Shown: in pieces, positions 17,250 to 26,502 of the stretch | Layout of the letters: each line of letters opens with the position of its first letter | How positions within the stretch are numbered: position 1 is the first letter of the stretch | Virus record (IMG/VR): IMGVR_UViG_3300045988_142367 | Length of the DNA stretch: 43,711 nucleotides | Reading direction: 5' to 3' (one strand) | From: a virus | The notes under the pieces: generated by a model | Seen by the model: the letters and a program-made list of their open reading frames with translations, nothing else | The model's database searches: none | Told to the model about the DNA's origin: nothing | Program-made: the position numbers and the translations under genes

Positions 17250-17275
17250 CAAAGACAGCCGCCCTGAGGCGGCTG
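17250..17275 (-). terminator. Intrinsic terminator after the lipoprotein gene
   Basis: Minus strand reads CAGCCGCC-TCAG-GGCGGCTG followed by TCTTTGTG. It is 26/29 identical to the terminator element at 16072..16100. Confidence 0.5.
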
Positions 17276-17293
17276 TATGGGACGGCGGGATTG

Positions 17294-17833
17294 TCAGAGT
17301 TTCTTCAGCTCCACCGGCGGGCCGACCTCAAGGTAATGATCCATCGAGGCGGTGATCATCTCGAAGATCTCCTTGGAACGCTTCCGTATCTCGTCGATGA
17401 GTTTGGCGTTGTGTGTCGCTCTCCAGTACCAGGTGCGGTTGAAGCGGTCATCGTGGGTCGATAGGCGATGCACAAAGTTATATTTCCAATGGGCGTTAAT
17501 ATTAGTGAACACCAAATCGAACCCTCCGTCTCGGTAAACGATGTAAATGTCTCCGAATATGTCCCCGACCCTGTTCCCGAACGCCACATTCCAGAACCGT
17601 CCGCGAAACTCTTTCCTATTGCGGTCGTGACAGAACCGAGAATACTCAAGACCCATGTCTGTTGATGGCCAGCCACTCAGAAAGCCATATAGATCCTTTT
17701 TATCCCTTCCGTCCATACTGTAAGTCTTCTTGAACGTAAGCGTATCCGGCTCCACGAGTTTCCTTCCGAAGCAAGTTCCGCAGCATCCGACCAGGAGCAA
17801 GACGATCGCCAAAATAACCTTTCTCATACTCAT
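17294..17833 (-). CDS. Phage-encoded lipoprotein (179 aa), moron
   Basis: Signal peptide MSMRKVILAIVLLLVGCCG with lipobox LVGC. The gene has its own terminator. No family recognised. Confidence 0.6.
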   Translation of the reverse strand: MSMRKVILAIVLLLVGCCGTCFGRKLVEPDTLTFKKTYSMDGRDKKDLYGFLSGWPSTDMGLEYSRFCHDRNRKEFRGRFWNVAFGNRVGDIFGDIYIVYRDGGFDLVFTNINAHWKYNFVHRLSTHDDRFNRTWYWRATHNAKLIDEIRKRSKEIFEMITASMDHYLEVGPPVELKKL

Positions 17834-17867
17834 TCAGAATTAATTGTCAGACAAGTCCTTGCAAAAA

Positions 17868-18251
17868 TCACTCCGTAACGGTGTCGTGGCGGAGGATGTC
17901 GAACTCCAGCTCCTCGTTCATGATCCTCCTCAGAGCCTCGTCCAACTGGTAGAAGGCGGTGTTCATCGTCCGAATCTCATTGTCGAACCTCCCGTCCATC
18001 AGCAACTCCTTCTTCTCGTACATCTGCTTTTCCCACTCCGAGAATCGATCTGCAATCTGGAAAAGTTCAATTCTGGTCTCGATGATGAAAGAGTCAGCCC
18101 CGATCTTGTGGCTTTCAGCGGCAGCAGCCGCGTTGTTTGAATTAGTGTATCGCATAACTAATTGTAAATAAATGTCCTCTGCTATAGGTCTGCGATACAT
18201 ACTGGAAGCCTTGCGGCTAGTACAGTCACGGCTTTCGCCAATGACGACCAT
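17868..18251 (-). CDS. Hypothetical protein (127 aa), first gene of the moron island
   Basis: ATG at 18249..18251. Helical and charged C-terminal half. No motif recognised. Confidence 0.45.
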   Translation of the reverse strand: MVVIGESRDCTSRKASSMYRRPIAEDIYLQLVMRYTNSNNAAAAAESHKIGADSFIIETRIELFQIADRFSEWEKQMYEKKELLMDGRFDNEIRTMNTAFYQLDEALRRIMNEELEFDILRHDTVTE

Positions 18252-18407
18252 ACAGAGGACAAAAACTCTCTAAAAAATATGTCAGCAATCAATAACGGGA
18301 CAAAATCAGCCGCTAAAGAGTGCCATCCAATATGTATCGCACCACAAATATGCAACTTCGTTTTTCAATTTCCAAGAGTTTTGCGAATTTTTTGCGAAAA
18401 AAACGCA

Positions 18408-21400
18408 TTATCCGCCGTAAGTACCCCGACGTTTCGCCCTGTTGTACTTCTCCGTCTGCTCGATGATCCCGTTCTTCCCCAGCATCGACACATCCGCCTT
18501 GATAGGAACGGAGAGCCTTTTGTTCAGCAGCTCGATAGCCTCCAGCAACCTTTCATCTGTCGCTGACCTTGCCGAAGCGACATTCCCTCCGGACACCGAG
18601 CCGCTTCCGGTCACTGAGCCTGTCGAAGTGTTCGTAAACCCACCGCTTTCCCGACCGATAGCGGCTCCCACCGGATAAACCGCCTCGAAGTTCAGGCTCT
18701 TTAACGTCCCCGCTTTCCGCGCCTCCTCCATCGTTGCCACGAACGGCAACAAAGTCGGATTGCTCAACCCATCAGCCGGAATCACATATTCCCCGCCATT
18801 CTCACCCACAAGCACGGTAGGGGAGGAGACGAAGCCTCTCTTGTCAGGTGACAGCCGCGCCTTGAAGGCCTTTCCGTCCTGAGCCCGGCGAGTGTTCACG
18901 AAGCCGCCCTCCTCCGCACCGATCGGTTGCGCCGCGATCAATGCAGTCTGCGCCGCCCCGAAAGCGGCCACGATCGCGGCAGGGGCCGCACCGGCTGGCC
19001 AGCCCCATTGCGCCAAGGTCTTGGTGACCGACAAAGCCGTGTTGATGATGGACTGCACCAGATTGAGCGCTTTCGTCCTCTTTGCTTGTTTGATCTCCAT
19101 CTCCTCGCGCTTTGCCTCTTCCTCTGCTTCCATCTCCTCGACCCTCGCGTTGTACTGCTCCTGTGACACCAATCCGGCATCATATCTGGATTTCAGATCC
19201 TTCTTTTTCTTCTCGTTGTTCTTCTTGTACTCGTTGAATGCCTTGTTTTCCTTGGCGTTGGTAAGCTCGATCGCCTTGCTTGCCAGCTGGAAGCCCTCCT
19301 GAGCAAAACCACCAACGGCATTCAGGGCGATAGACAGGCTTTCCGCCTTGTCCTTGCCTGTCTTGAGGTTTGCGAAGAACTCGTTCCACTGATCCTGCGA
19401 GACACCAAAAAGGCTACCCTTGCCAGTGCCTGAAAACATACCGCCGTCGCTCTTTGCTTTTTTGATTGTCAATTCATCGATTTTCGCTTTTGTCTCTTCA
19501 AGTTTAAGGTTGTATTTTGTGAGATCCTCGGGTGACAATTCGATGCCGAGCGGGTTTTTCTCATCAACAAGTTTCTCCAACTCTATTTTAAGGTCTTGAA
19601 GATGCTTCAAATCCAAGTCCATAAGAGCAATGTCCCGTTCTTTCGTTAGGGTGGCCGCCTCTGCGGAATATGGCTTTTCCTTGACAAATTGTCCTGAATA
19701 TTCAGCCGTGACGGCTGCCCTCTTCTTCTTATACTCGCTTTCCGCTAAAGAAATACTCCTATCGAACGCCTCCTGCTTTATCTTCATCAAATTGTTCTGG
19801 TGCTTCTTCTCGATCGCCTCCAGCACCGCCGCCTGATTCTCGTACAGAACCTTGGTGTCCTTGAACTTCTTCAACTCGGCGGCGTACCTGGTCCCCTCCG
19901 CCGCAAGCGCCGCCTTGGTCTTGTCCGTCTCAGCCGCCGCAATGACAGCCGCACCCTCCTTGGCCAGCTCGCCAGCCTTCTTCTCGTTCTCCTGCTGCCT
20001 TTTCAGAGCGTCATCCGAATGCTTCTTGATCTTCTCCTGAAGGTCGCCCTCAATCTTCGACCGCGCCGCCCCGGAGTCCTTCCGCGTCGCCAGCCTCGCC
20101 GTCAGCGTCGCCACCTCCAGCTGATAGATCCTTTCGTCATATTCCTCCTGTGAGGAGATCTCCTTCTCGTTGTACCGCCTTGTCAGTTCCGCCTTGGCCG
20201 TCAGGAACGCCTCGTCATTGCTCAATGACCAGAGGGATTTGTTTTTTTGCGGATTTTGGAGGCTTGGTGGGTTTGATGGCGGTGTTGATCCCGACGGGGA
20301 GGAAGAGGAGGCGGCTCCGCCACCGGACGCATTCAGGTACTGGGCGGCGGCGAGGTCGAATCCTTCGAGGGCGTTCCTCGCTATGTTCAGTTTGTCGCCG
20401 CTGTAGTGCCACCAACGACTGAAGCCGCTTTGATTGTCGTAAGTCGCCTGAGCTTGGGACAATCCATTCTCGTATATTTTGCGGGCTTCTTTGATGTAGG
20501 ACTTCAAAACCTCCTCATTGCCGTGAAAATCTTCAAGTTTTCTGGCAAGATCCTCGGAAAAATCCTTATAGAAACTCTGTTTTGACCCAGATGACACCAG
20601 ATCAGAGGTTACCTCGATCAGTTTCGTCAGCCAGTCAATCACCTCTTTGATCGGACCTGTCGAATCCTTGAACGAGAGGATCAGCCCCTCCCATGCGGAC
20701 TGGAGCAGCTTGACGGAACCCTCGACCGTGTTGACCCTTTCCTCGGCTGTATTCTTCAGCACGCCGTTGACATCCTCAAGCGAATCCCTCAGAGCCAAGG
20801 CAGCGTCCGCTCCGTCAAGGAACGTGTTGAAGGCGGAGACAGACCTTTTGTCGGTCAGTTCCAACGTGGTGTTAAGGTCAACTCCCTGCGCCTTCAGCTG
20901 TCTCAGCCCGGACATCAGTTCAGGGAATGTGCTTACAGGCTTGCCTAAGGCCACCGCCAGCTTGCCGCTTGAGTCCGCGAGGTTAAGCAGGATGTTCCTT
21001 GTGGCAGTGGCCGCGGAAGAAGCGTCAAACCCGGCGTTGGCCAGTGTGCCGAGCAGGGCGACCGTGTCCCTGAGCGAGAAACCGAATGTCTTCGCCACCG
21101 GTCCGACCGTGGCCATCGCTGTCTGGTAGTAGGAGAAGCTCAGCGCGCTGTTGTTGGCTCCCTGCACCAGCACCCCGAGGGTGTCGGCGGTGTCTTTGGC
21201 GTCAAGCCCGAACATCCTCAGTGTCGCTCCCGCCATCGCCGCCGCTTCCGGGAGGGTGGTCCCGATGGCCGTGGCGAAGTGCAGGACGGACTCCTGCATC
21301 TGCATGATCTCACCCTCCTTGAAACCCAGCTTCGCGAGTTCTGTCTGGAGCAGCGTGACCTGCGAGGCGGTGTATTCAGTGGTCCGTCCAAGCTCCATCG

Positions 21401-22016
21401 CCGAATATGTCAGCGCCTCGATGTCCTTGACGTTCTTGCCGATGATGGTGGAGAGGTTGACGTTGGCCTGCTCGAAGTCCACTATCTTCTGGAACGCCCT
21501 CGCCACGCCTCTGACTGCCCCGGCGATAGCTGCGAATGCCGCCAAAGCTCCGGCCTTGACGCTTGACAATTTCTCAAGCGCACCCTTGGTCTGCCCGGAC
21601 TGTGAGGTAAGCTCTTTAAGCCTTGCCTTGGTCTGCTGGACCTCGGCATTAAGCTTCTTCCAGTTCTCCGTCCCGGGAACGGCCTTGCTAAGAGCCGTCT
21701 GCGTCAGTTTCAGATGGTTGCGGAGTTCGGCCAGCGTCTTGTTCTCAAGGGAAATGGCATCCCTGAGTTTATTGTATTTTTCCCGGCATTCCGTCAGGGT
21801 CTTCTCCTGGTCTTTCAGGGTCTTCGTCAGGTTCTGGTGTTCCTGTGAGCCGGTCTTGCCGGCTTTCTCAAGATTCTTGAGTTCAGTCCTGGTCCTTTTG
21901 GTCGAACTCTGCAAATCCTTCATCTGCCTGTCCAGCGCAAGCATCTCCTTCCTGCCGCCATCCCCGTTGACAATCAGGTTCAGCCGAAGATCCTCATCCG
22001 TAATTCTTTTAGCCAT
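18408..22016 (-). CDS. Tail tape measure protein (1202 aa)
   Basis: Size is typical and the ends are coiled-coil rich. The core ATAIGTTLPEAAAMAGATLRMFGLDAKDTADTLGVLVQGANNSALSFSYYQTAMATVGPVAKTFGFSLRDTVALLGTLANAGFDASSAATATRNILLNLA is typical of TP901-type TMP cores. Confidence 0.9.
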   Translation of the reverse strand: MAKRITDEDLRLNLIVNGDGGRKEMLALDRQMKDLQSSTKRTRTELKNLEKAGKTGSQEHQNLTKTLKDQEKTLTECREKYNKLRDAISLENKTLAELRNHLKLTQTALSKAVPGTENWKKLNAEVQQTKARLKELTSQSGQTKGALEKLSSVKAGALAAFAAIAGAVRGVARAFQKIVDFEQANVNLSTIIGKNVKDIEALTYSAMELGRTTEYTASQVTLLQTELAKLGFKEGEIMQMQESVLHFATAIGTTLPEAAAMAGATLRMFGLDAKDTADTLGVLVQGANNSALSFSYYQTAMATVGPVAKTFGFSLRDTVALLGTLANAGFDASSAATATRNILLNLADSSGKLAVALGKPVSTFPELMSGLRQLKAQGVDLNTTLELTDKRSVSAFNTFLDGADAALALRDSLEDVNGVLKNTAEERVNTVEGSVKLLQSAWEGLILSFKDSTGPIKEVIDWLTKLIEVTSDLVSSGSKQSFYKDFSEDLARKLEDFHGNEEVLKSYIKEARKIYENGLSQAQATYDNQSGFSRWWHYSGDKLNIARNALEGFDLAAAQYLNASGGGAASSSSPSGSTPPSNPPSLQNPQKNKSLWSLSNDEAFLTAKAELTRRYNEKEISSQEEYDERIYQLEVATLTARLATRKDSGAARSKIEGDLQEKIKKHSDDALKRQQENEKKAGELAKEGAAVIAAAETDKTKAALAAEGTRYAAELKKFKDTKVLYENQAAVLEAIEKKHQNNLMKIKQEAFDRSISLAESEYKKKRAAVTAEYSGQFVKEKPYSAEAATLTKERDIALMDLDLKHLQDLKIELEKLVDEKNPLGIELSPEDLTKYNLKLEETKAKIDELTIKKAKSDGGMFSGTGKGSLFGVSQDQWNEFFANLKTGKDKAESLSIALNAVGGFAQEGFQLASKAIELTNAKENKAFNEYKKNNEKKKKDLKSRYDAGLVSQEQYNARVEEMEAEEEAKREEMEIKQAKRTKALNLVQSIINTALSVTKTLAQWGWPAGAAPAAIVAAFGAAQTALIAAQPIGAEEGGFVNTRRAQDGKAFKARLSPDKRGFVSSPTVLVGENGGEYVIPADGLSNPTLLPFVATMEEARKAGTLKSLNFEAVYPVGAAIGRESGGFTNTSTGSVTGSGSVSGGNVASARSATDERLLEAIELLNKRLSVPIKADVSMLGKNGIIEQTEKYNRAKRRGTYGG

Positions 22017-22028
22017 ATAGATAATTGT

Positions 22029-22397
22029 TTATTGTTTGCCCTGATCCGCCGCCTTTATCCGGGCGACGGCATCCTCCGTGAACTCGTACATCAGCCGTTC
22101 GGCGATGGAGGCGAAAGCACCGAAGACATAGCGATTGTGGATCTTGCGGTTGCTCTTTACGGACTTGCCGCCACGCTGGAGACGCTTCATATCCAGAAAA
22201 CGCTCGTAGGCCACGTGCACGAACGTCAAAGTCCCAGAAGCACCGCTCCCACCGGTCACCGAAACACTCCTGGACGACTCCAACCGCCCGGAACGCTTCT
22301 TGACCTTGGCCTCGATGGCCTTCCCCTGATTTCTCAGAAGCCGCTGCCCCTCATCCAGAAGGACCTCACTGACAAAACGCGCCCTGACATCCATCAC
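22029..22397 (-). CDS. Hypothetical protein upstream of TMP (possible tail assembly chaperone)
   Basis: 122-aa ORF (GTG/ATG start) immediately 5' of the TMP gene. The call is based on position only. Confidence 0.4.
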   Translation of the reverse strand: MMDVRARFVSEVLLDEGQRLLRNQGKAIEAKVKKRSGRLESSRSVSVTGGSGASGTLTFVHVAYERFLDMKRLQRGGKSVKSNRKIHNRYVFGAFASIAERLMYEFTEDAVARIKAADQGKQ

Positions 22398-22849
22398 TCA
22401 AACGCAAGCTCGATGCTGTACCCGCTCCAACCACCGAACACACTCGACTCCGGAACCACATCCACCGAAGCCAGCGACAACCCCGTCACCAGACGACAGT
22501 TCTGACTCGAAGTCTCCTCCGTGATGTAAGCCAGAATCAAATCCGCAACCTCCAGAAGCCGTGAATACTGCTCATTCTCCGATTCCTCCGTCTTATCCAG
22601 CCCAAGCCCCTTCTCCAACACGAAGATCACCGTCCCCAACTCTTCCCGGAACGTGTCCGAATCCCCGCGCTGATGCACCTCCGGACGCGCCACGAGAACC
22701 TGCACACCCGAAAGATGCGCCAGCTTGGAAGTGGCGTCCGACTGCGCGGTCGTGCAAATCGGATCGATGTGCCCACAGCACCTGCAGGAGTGGATCTTCA
22801 ACCCCGAAAGGTACTCAGTGAGCCTTTGAAGCCTTGATAATCTGCTCAT
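22394..22849 (-). CDS. Hypothetical tail-module protein (151 aa)
   Basis: ATG at 22847..22849 (MSRLSRLQRL...). The longer ORF-track version, starting at 22969, lies inside 22815..23702. Confidence 0.45.
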   Translation of the reverse strand: MSRLSRLQRLTEYLSGLKIHSCRCCGHIDPICTTAQSDATSKLAHLSGVQVLVARPEVHQRGDSDTFREELGTVIFVLEKGLGLDKTEESENEQYSRLLEVADLILAYITEETSSQNCRLVTGLSLASVDVVPESSVFGGWSGYSIELAFE

Positions 22850-23702
22850 TTCTCTTCCTTTCCTTATAGTTATGCCACATAATCGACAACACCGAGAACA
22901 ACGGCTCCTCATCCACCCGGTCGATGTTTCCAAGCGTGTTCTCCTTGGCCACCTCGACCAACAAATCATTCCACCCGAAGCTTATTCCCGAACTTTTCTC
23001 ATCCCCGGCGAACAGCTTCGACAAATCAACCTCCTCCCCGTTAATCTCCAGAACACCCGACTGAAGGTACTTCAAGCAAGCCGCGAACCACATCATCACG
23101 AGATTCTTCTGCCACCCCTTCAACCTCGACGCTCTATGAATATGCCCACGTGCATTCCGTTGGTCCACATCCGGCACCATCCGACCTGCCCTGTTGGCCT
23201 TCCGGCAACGTCTTCTGTACAGGAAAGCGATGCATTCATCCAGATCCTCCGGCTCGTGGCTCCTAAAAAACCTGTTGATTGCGGCGGATGCGTGCCTGAA
23301 CTCCCCGAAAGTCAGATCCTGAAGCAGTTCCCCTGGACCGTACAGCCTCACAAGCCCCGACCGGACCACCGGCATCGGATTCGCGACCGAATCAAACGTC
23401 AACGCCGCCGACTCCTCCGAGAACAGAAACCCCAGAAACTTCTCACACATCCGATAGACATTCTCATCCCTGACAGAAGAAGAGCCATTGAATATGTCCG
23501 TGAACCATCCCTTGACAGTCCTCCGCACCCCGAGCAGCATCCAAAGCACCCTCACATTGAATTCCAACGGAGACTTTCCGTGCTTAAGGCACCACTCGAA
23601 GATCCGGAACACCCCACGCACCTGTTTCGGAGTCATCTCACTCCACGAACCAGGCACCTGTACGACCTTGCCGGTCTCGAAAACCTCAATCGTGTTCATC
23701 AC
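22815..23702 (-). CDS. Hypothetical morphogenesis protein (295 aa)
   Basis: Packed ORF (4-nt overlap with its upstream gene). No motif recognised. Confidence 0.5.
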   Translation of the reverse strand: MMNTIEVFETGKVVQVPGSWSEMTPKQVRGVFRIFEWCLKHGKSPLEFNVRVLWMLLGVRRTVKGWFTDIFNGSSSVRDENVYRMCEKFLGFLFSEESAALTFDSVANPMPVVRSGLVRLYGPGELLQDLTFGEFRHASAAINRFFRSHEPEDLDECIAFLYRRRCRKANRAGRMVPDVDQRNARGHIHRASRLKGWQKNLVMMWFAACLKYLQSGVLEINGEEVDLSKLFAGDEKSSGISFGWNDLLVEVAKENTLGNIDRVDEEPLFSVLSIMWHNYKERKRNEQIIKASKAH

Positions 23703-24622
23703 TCGGTGGTAAAGAATTTGTTCCGCCTGTCATTCACAGGCAAAAGCTTAGGATCCGCCTTATCTTCGCTGATCAGAGGCGACAAATCCGTCAAAGCGTC
23801 CTTGACCTCACTTTTCAGATTGCCGACATACCAGTCAATCTCATCCATCGTGGCCACACGGTTGGACTTGTTGCCCTGATAGGTAGGGGAGAACCGCCTT
23901 GCGATCTCGATAGGAAACACCTCAAGGCTCCACCTCGTTCCGGCCACGATCACCGCGCTGAGAATGGCCGCCCTTCTGGCCAGCGAGAGCACCCTTTCGT
24001 CAGCCGAGCCGTCGGCTATGGAAGCCCACTTATCCCCCGCGAACGGTCCTATCACCGCCCTTTGCCGCTCGATCACAAGCGCCTGGAGCAGATAATAGAC
24101 GTAGTAGCTTCCGTCGACGGGATAGACAGCCTCGAACTCCTGAATATTCCTGACAATGGATTCGCCCGTCATCGTCCTCTTGGCCGAAGTCTTCCAGTTC
24201 TCGTTGCCGGAAGTCTCCAAGTAGGTGTACAAAGCGTCCAGAGCCCTGAAATACCGCTCCCTCATCGCCCTGTCATCCCTATCTATCTGCCATTCGTAAG
24301 GACTTCTCTCATTGTCATCGATCTTGACCTTCCGTCCGGTCGATTCGTGTGACACGGATGAAAGCTTGGCGTAACGCATCAACGCAAGACACGCCACCGG
24401 AAGCCTCACAGCGGCCACGAGTTCCGGCTTCTCATCCTCATCGTAAGCCTCCGCGGCCTCCTTGACCACCTCCTGACTCACAAGCCGCGCCACCTCATCG
24501 GTGGCGAACCGGATTTCCGTCTCGATCAGCCTGAAAGGAGAGGAAGCGTACCATTGGCCGGTCAGATCCTCAAGTTCCTTGGAACCGTCCCGATTTCTGT
24601 TGAACAAATCCATCATATTCAC
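23699..24622 (-). CDS. Hypothetical morphogenesis protein (307 aa)
   Basis: Packed ORF that overlaps the portal-candidate stop by 4 nt. No motif recognised. Confidence 0.5.
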   Translation of the reverse strand: MNMMDLFNRNRDGSKELEDLTGQWYASSPFRLIETEIRFATDEVARLVSQEVVKEAAEAYDEDEKPELVAAVRLPVACLALMRYAKLSSVSHESTGRKVKIDDNERSPYEWQIDRDDRAMRERYFRALDALYTYLETSGNENWKTSAKRTMTGESIVRNIQEFEAVYPVDGSYYVYYLLQALVIERQRAVIGPFAGDKWASIADGSADERVLSLARRAAILSAVIVAGTRWSLEVFPIEIARRFSPTYQGNKSNRVATMDEIDWYVGNLKSEVKDALTDLSPLISEDKADPKLLPVNDRRNKFFTTE

Positions 24623-25977
24623 TGATTTTTAACCCTTGCCGATGAAGTCAAAGCGTCCTCCGCCTCCAACTGCTTGTGGAAGAATCCAAGTTTCAGCCCC
24701 TTTCCAGGGAAATTGAACGCTATCGCCTGGTTGACCGGCTCCAGAATCGTCTGAGAGGCGATCTCCGTGTCCGAAAGCAGGAACAGCTTGAAGGCATACA
24801 ACAATTCAGATCCAGATGCCAGCTTTCCGTTCACCATCACGTTCGACAGCGACGGATGCAGCCCCATTCCGGATGTGATCGCAGATGCCGAAGCCTCCGA
24901 GATCTTCAACTGAGCCTCCACAAAGTCCTTCATCTTCTGGTCTATCGCCTCCACGGACCAAGACACACGCCCTGCGCCGCTTTCAGACGGCATATCGAGC
25001 GAATAGAAGAACTTTCCAGCGTTCTCCTTGCCGCTGAGCACATCCTGCATCTGCAACAGCAGATCCTCCGTCAACCGGCTGATCTCGTTCTCCACCTTGG
25101 TGTCACCCCAAGTCGGATGAACCATCCTAAGACGGTCACGCTTTTCCTCCCAGTACTCCTTGGGAGCCTTCACCAGATAAGCAAGGTTGATTCCGTTGTC
25201 CGTCACGTACTTGAATATGGTCGGAATCTCCGAACCCTTGACAATCCAGCGCAACGCTCCCCAATACTGAGGCACAGCATAGAAATCCCTTGCGAATGAA
25301 TATGTGTGGTTGTACGATGCCGACGCTCCGAACCGTCCTGGATTCTTCCTGTCATAGACCGGATAGACCCTTACGCCCGTCCCCACGCAGGAATGCTCGA
25401 AATCCCCGACAACAATGTGTTTCACGTCCTTGATCTCCCTGCTGTCCGTCCACTCCAGCCTTGCGTTCTTTGAAGGAATATGCTCAAGATAGGCTATCTT
25501 TGGCTTCCTGCCTATTCTCCGGCCTTTCTCCAGATACTTGGCATCGAAGAACCCTTTCAGATGCAGGTAATCGGTCATACACCCCTTGATGTAGCTAATA
25601 TAGTCCCAGCTGTCCAGCCACGCCTGGATCTCCCTGTCCTCCTCCCAGTTATGCACGATGTTTCCTTCCTGGTAAGCCAACCGGTTCAGGAACACGCCCT
25701 GCCCGTAGAGAAGCCCCATCTGCCTTTCAAGGATTCCCGGACCAAGATTGTTTTCGTCCAGGATGTCCCTTAGGTGCACCGGCAGATTGTTGTCGTGGCC
25801 GAACGGCACGATCTTCTGTCCGCAAATCGTCTGGGGCAACTGTTCCCAGTTCCTCTGTTGCGCCATCCAAAACACGGAGTCCAGACTGCTGTCCCTCCTG
25901 TTGGAAAGCGCGAAAGCCCGGCCATCGTTCAGCCGCAGAACGGATGTGTGGTCGGATATTTTTTCGATTCTGCTCAT
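24619..25977 (-). CDS. Candidate portal protein (452 aa)
   Basis: The call rests on its size and its position just downstream of terL. No diagnostic motif could be read. Confidence 0.45.
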   Translation of the reverse strand: MSRIEKISDHTSVLRLNDGRAFALSNRRDSSLDSVFWMAQQRNWEQLPQTICGQKIVPFGHDNNLPVHLRDILDENNLGPGILERQMGLLYGQGVFLNRLAYQEGNIVHNWEEDREIQAWLDSWDYISYIKGCMTDYLHLKGFFDAKYLEKGRRIGRKPKIAYLEHIPSKNARLEWTDSREIKDVKHIVVGDFEHSCVGTGVRVYPVYDRKNPGRFGASASYNHTYSFARDFYAVPQYWGALRWIVKGSEIPTIFKYVTDNGINLAYLVKAPKEYWEEKRDRLRMVHPTWGDTKVENEISRLTEDLLLQMQDVLSGKENAGKFFYSLDMPSESGAGRVSWSVEAIDQKMKDFVEAQLKISEASASAITSGMGLHPSLSNVMVNGKLASGSELLYAFKLFLLSDTEIASQTILEPVNQAIAFNFPGKGLKLGFFHKQLEAEDALTSSARVKNQ

Positions 25978-26246
25978 ACGAGTATCAGTTTTTGTCCGTT
26001 GAATGTCATCAGAAGCGGTTGGTAGAAACGCCTCGGCTCTCCGGTCTCCAGATCCGTGTAGCCCTCGATGATGTCAGCGTTCTTGTTGTGCTCCTTGGTT
26101 TCCCTATGTCTCAGCACCCCGCGCCGGACATAGACGATCCCGTCGCTTGTGCCTTTTGTGGGGTTATAGCTCATAAACGAGAAGCTGAAGCTCCTGTCTT
26201 CCTCTGACAGTCGCCTCATCTCCGTCAATGCTTCATATACGTTCAT
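25974..26246 (-). CDS. Hypothetical protein (90 aa)
   Basis: ATG at 26244..26246 lies 4 nt after a perfect TAACTTTG box (26251..26258, minus strand). The ORF overlaps the next ORF by 4 nt. Confidence 0.5.
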   Translation of the reverse strand: MNVYEALTEMRRLSEEDRSFSFSFMSYNPTKGTSDGIVYVRRGVLRHRETKEHNKNADIIEGYTDLETGEPRRFYQPLLMTFNGQKLILV

Positions 26247-26447
26247 ATCACAAAGTTAGCCACCTCCCAAGACGATAAAAAGGACACCACACCCAACCCG
26301 GAAACTACAGCCCAAGGCTCGGCTATTTCAGCCAAACGGGCTTGTTTTGTGAATATATTCCCGTCAAAATCAAGTGGTTCAAAGCCTTGCACCCCGCCGC
26401 GGCAAAAACGCACTTTTTAGGACGCAAAAGAGCCCGGGCCGCGCAAC

Positions 26448-26474
26448 GGAAGAATCGCAATTGCGATTCCTTCC
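26448..26474. promoter_or_regulatory. Extended palindrome (18-bp perfect core GAATCGCAATTGCGATTC) in the terL-downstream gap
   Basis: Core at 26452..26469, with flanks GGAA/(C)TTCC. It lies 29 nt after the terL stop. Confidence 0.4.
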
Positions 26475-26502
26475 CGAGGGTGATATATGGCGCACGCCCC
26501 GC

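Noticed and set aside
22394-22400. Programmed -1 frameshift joining the two ORFs upstream of the tape measure (G/GT-type chaperone)
   Set aside because: The downstream ORF is in the -1 frame, as expected. However, that frame has a TGA immediately upstream of its GTG/ATG (TGA GTG ATG GAT), so there is no open overlap in which a slip could produce a fusion.
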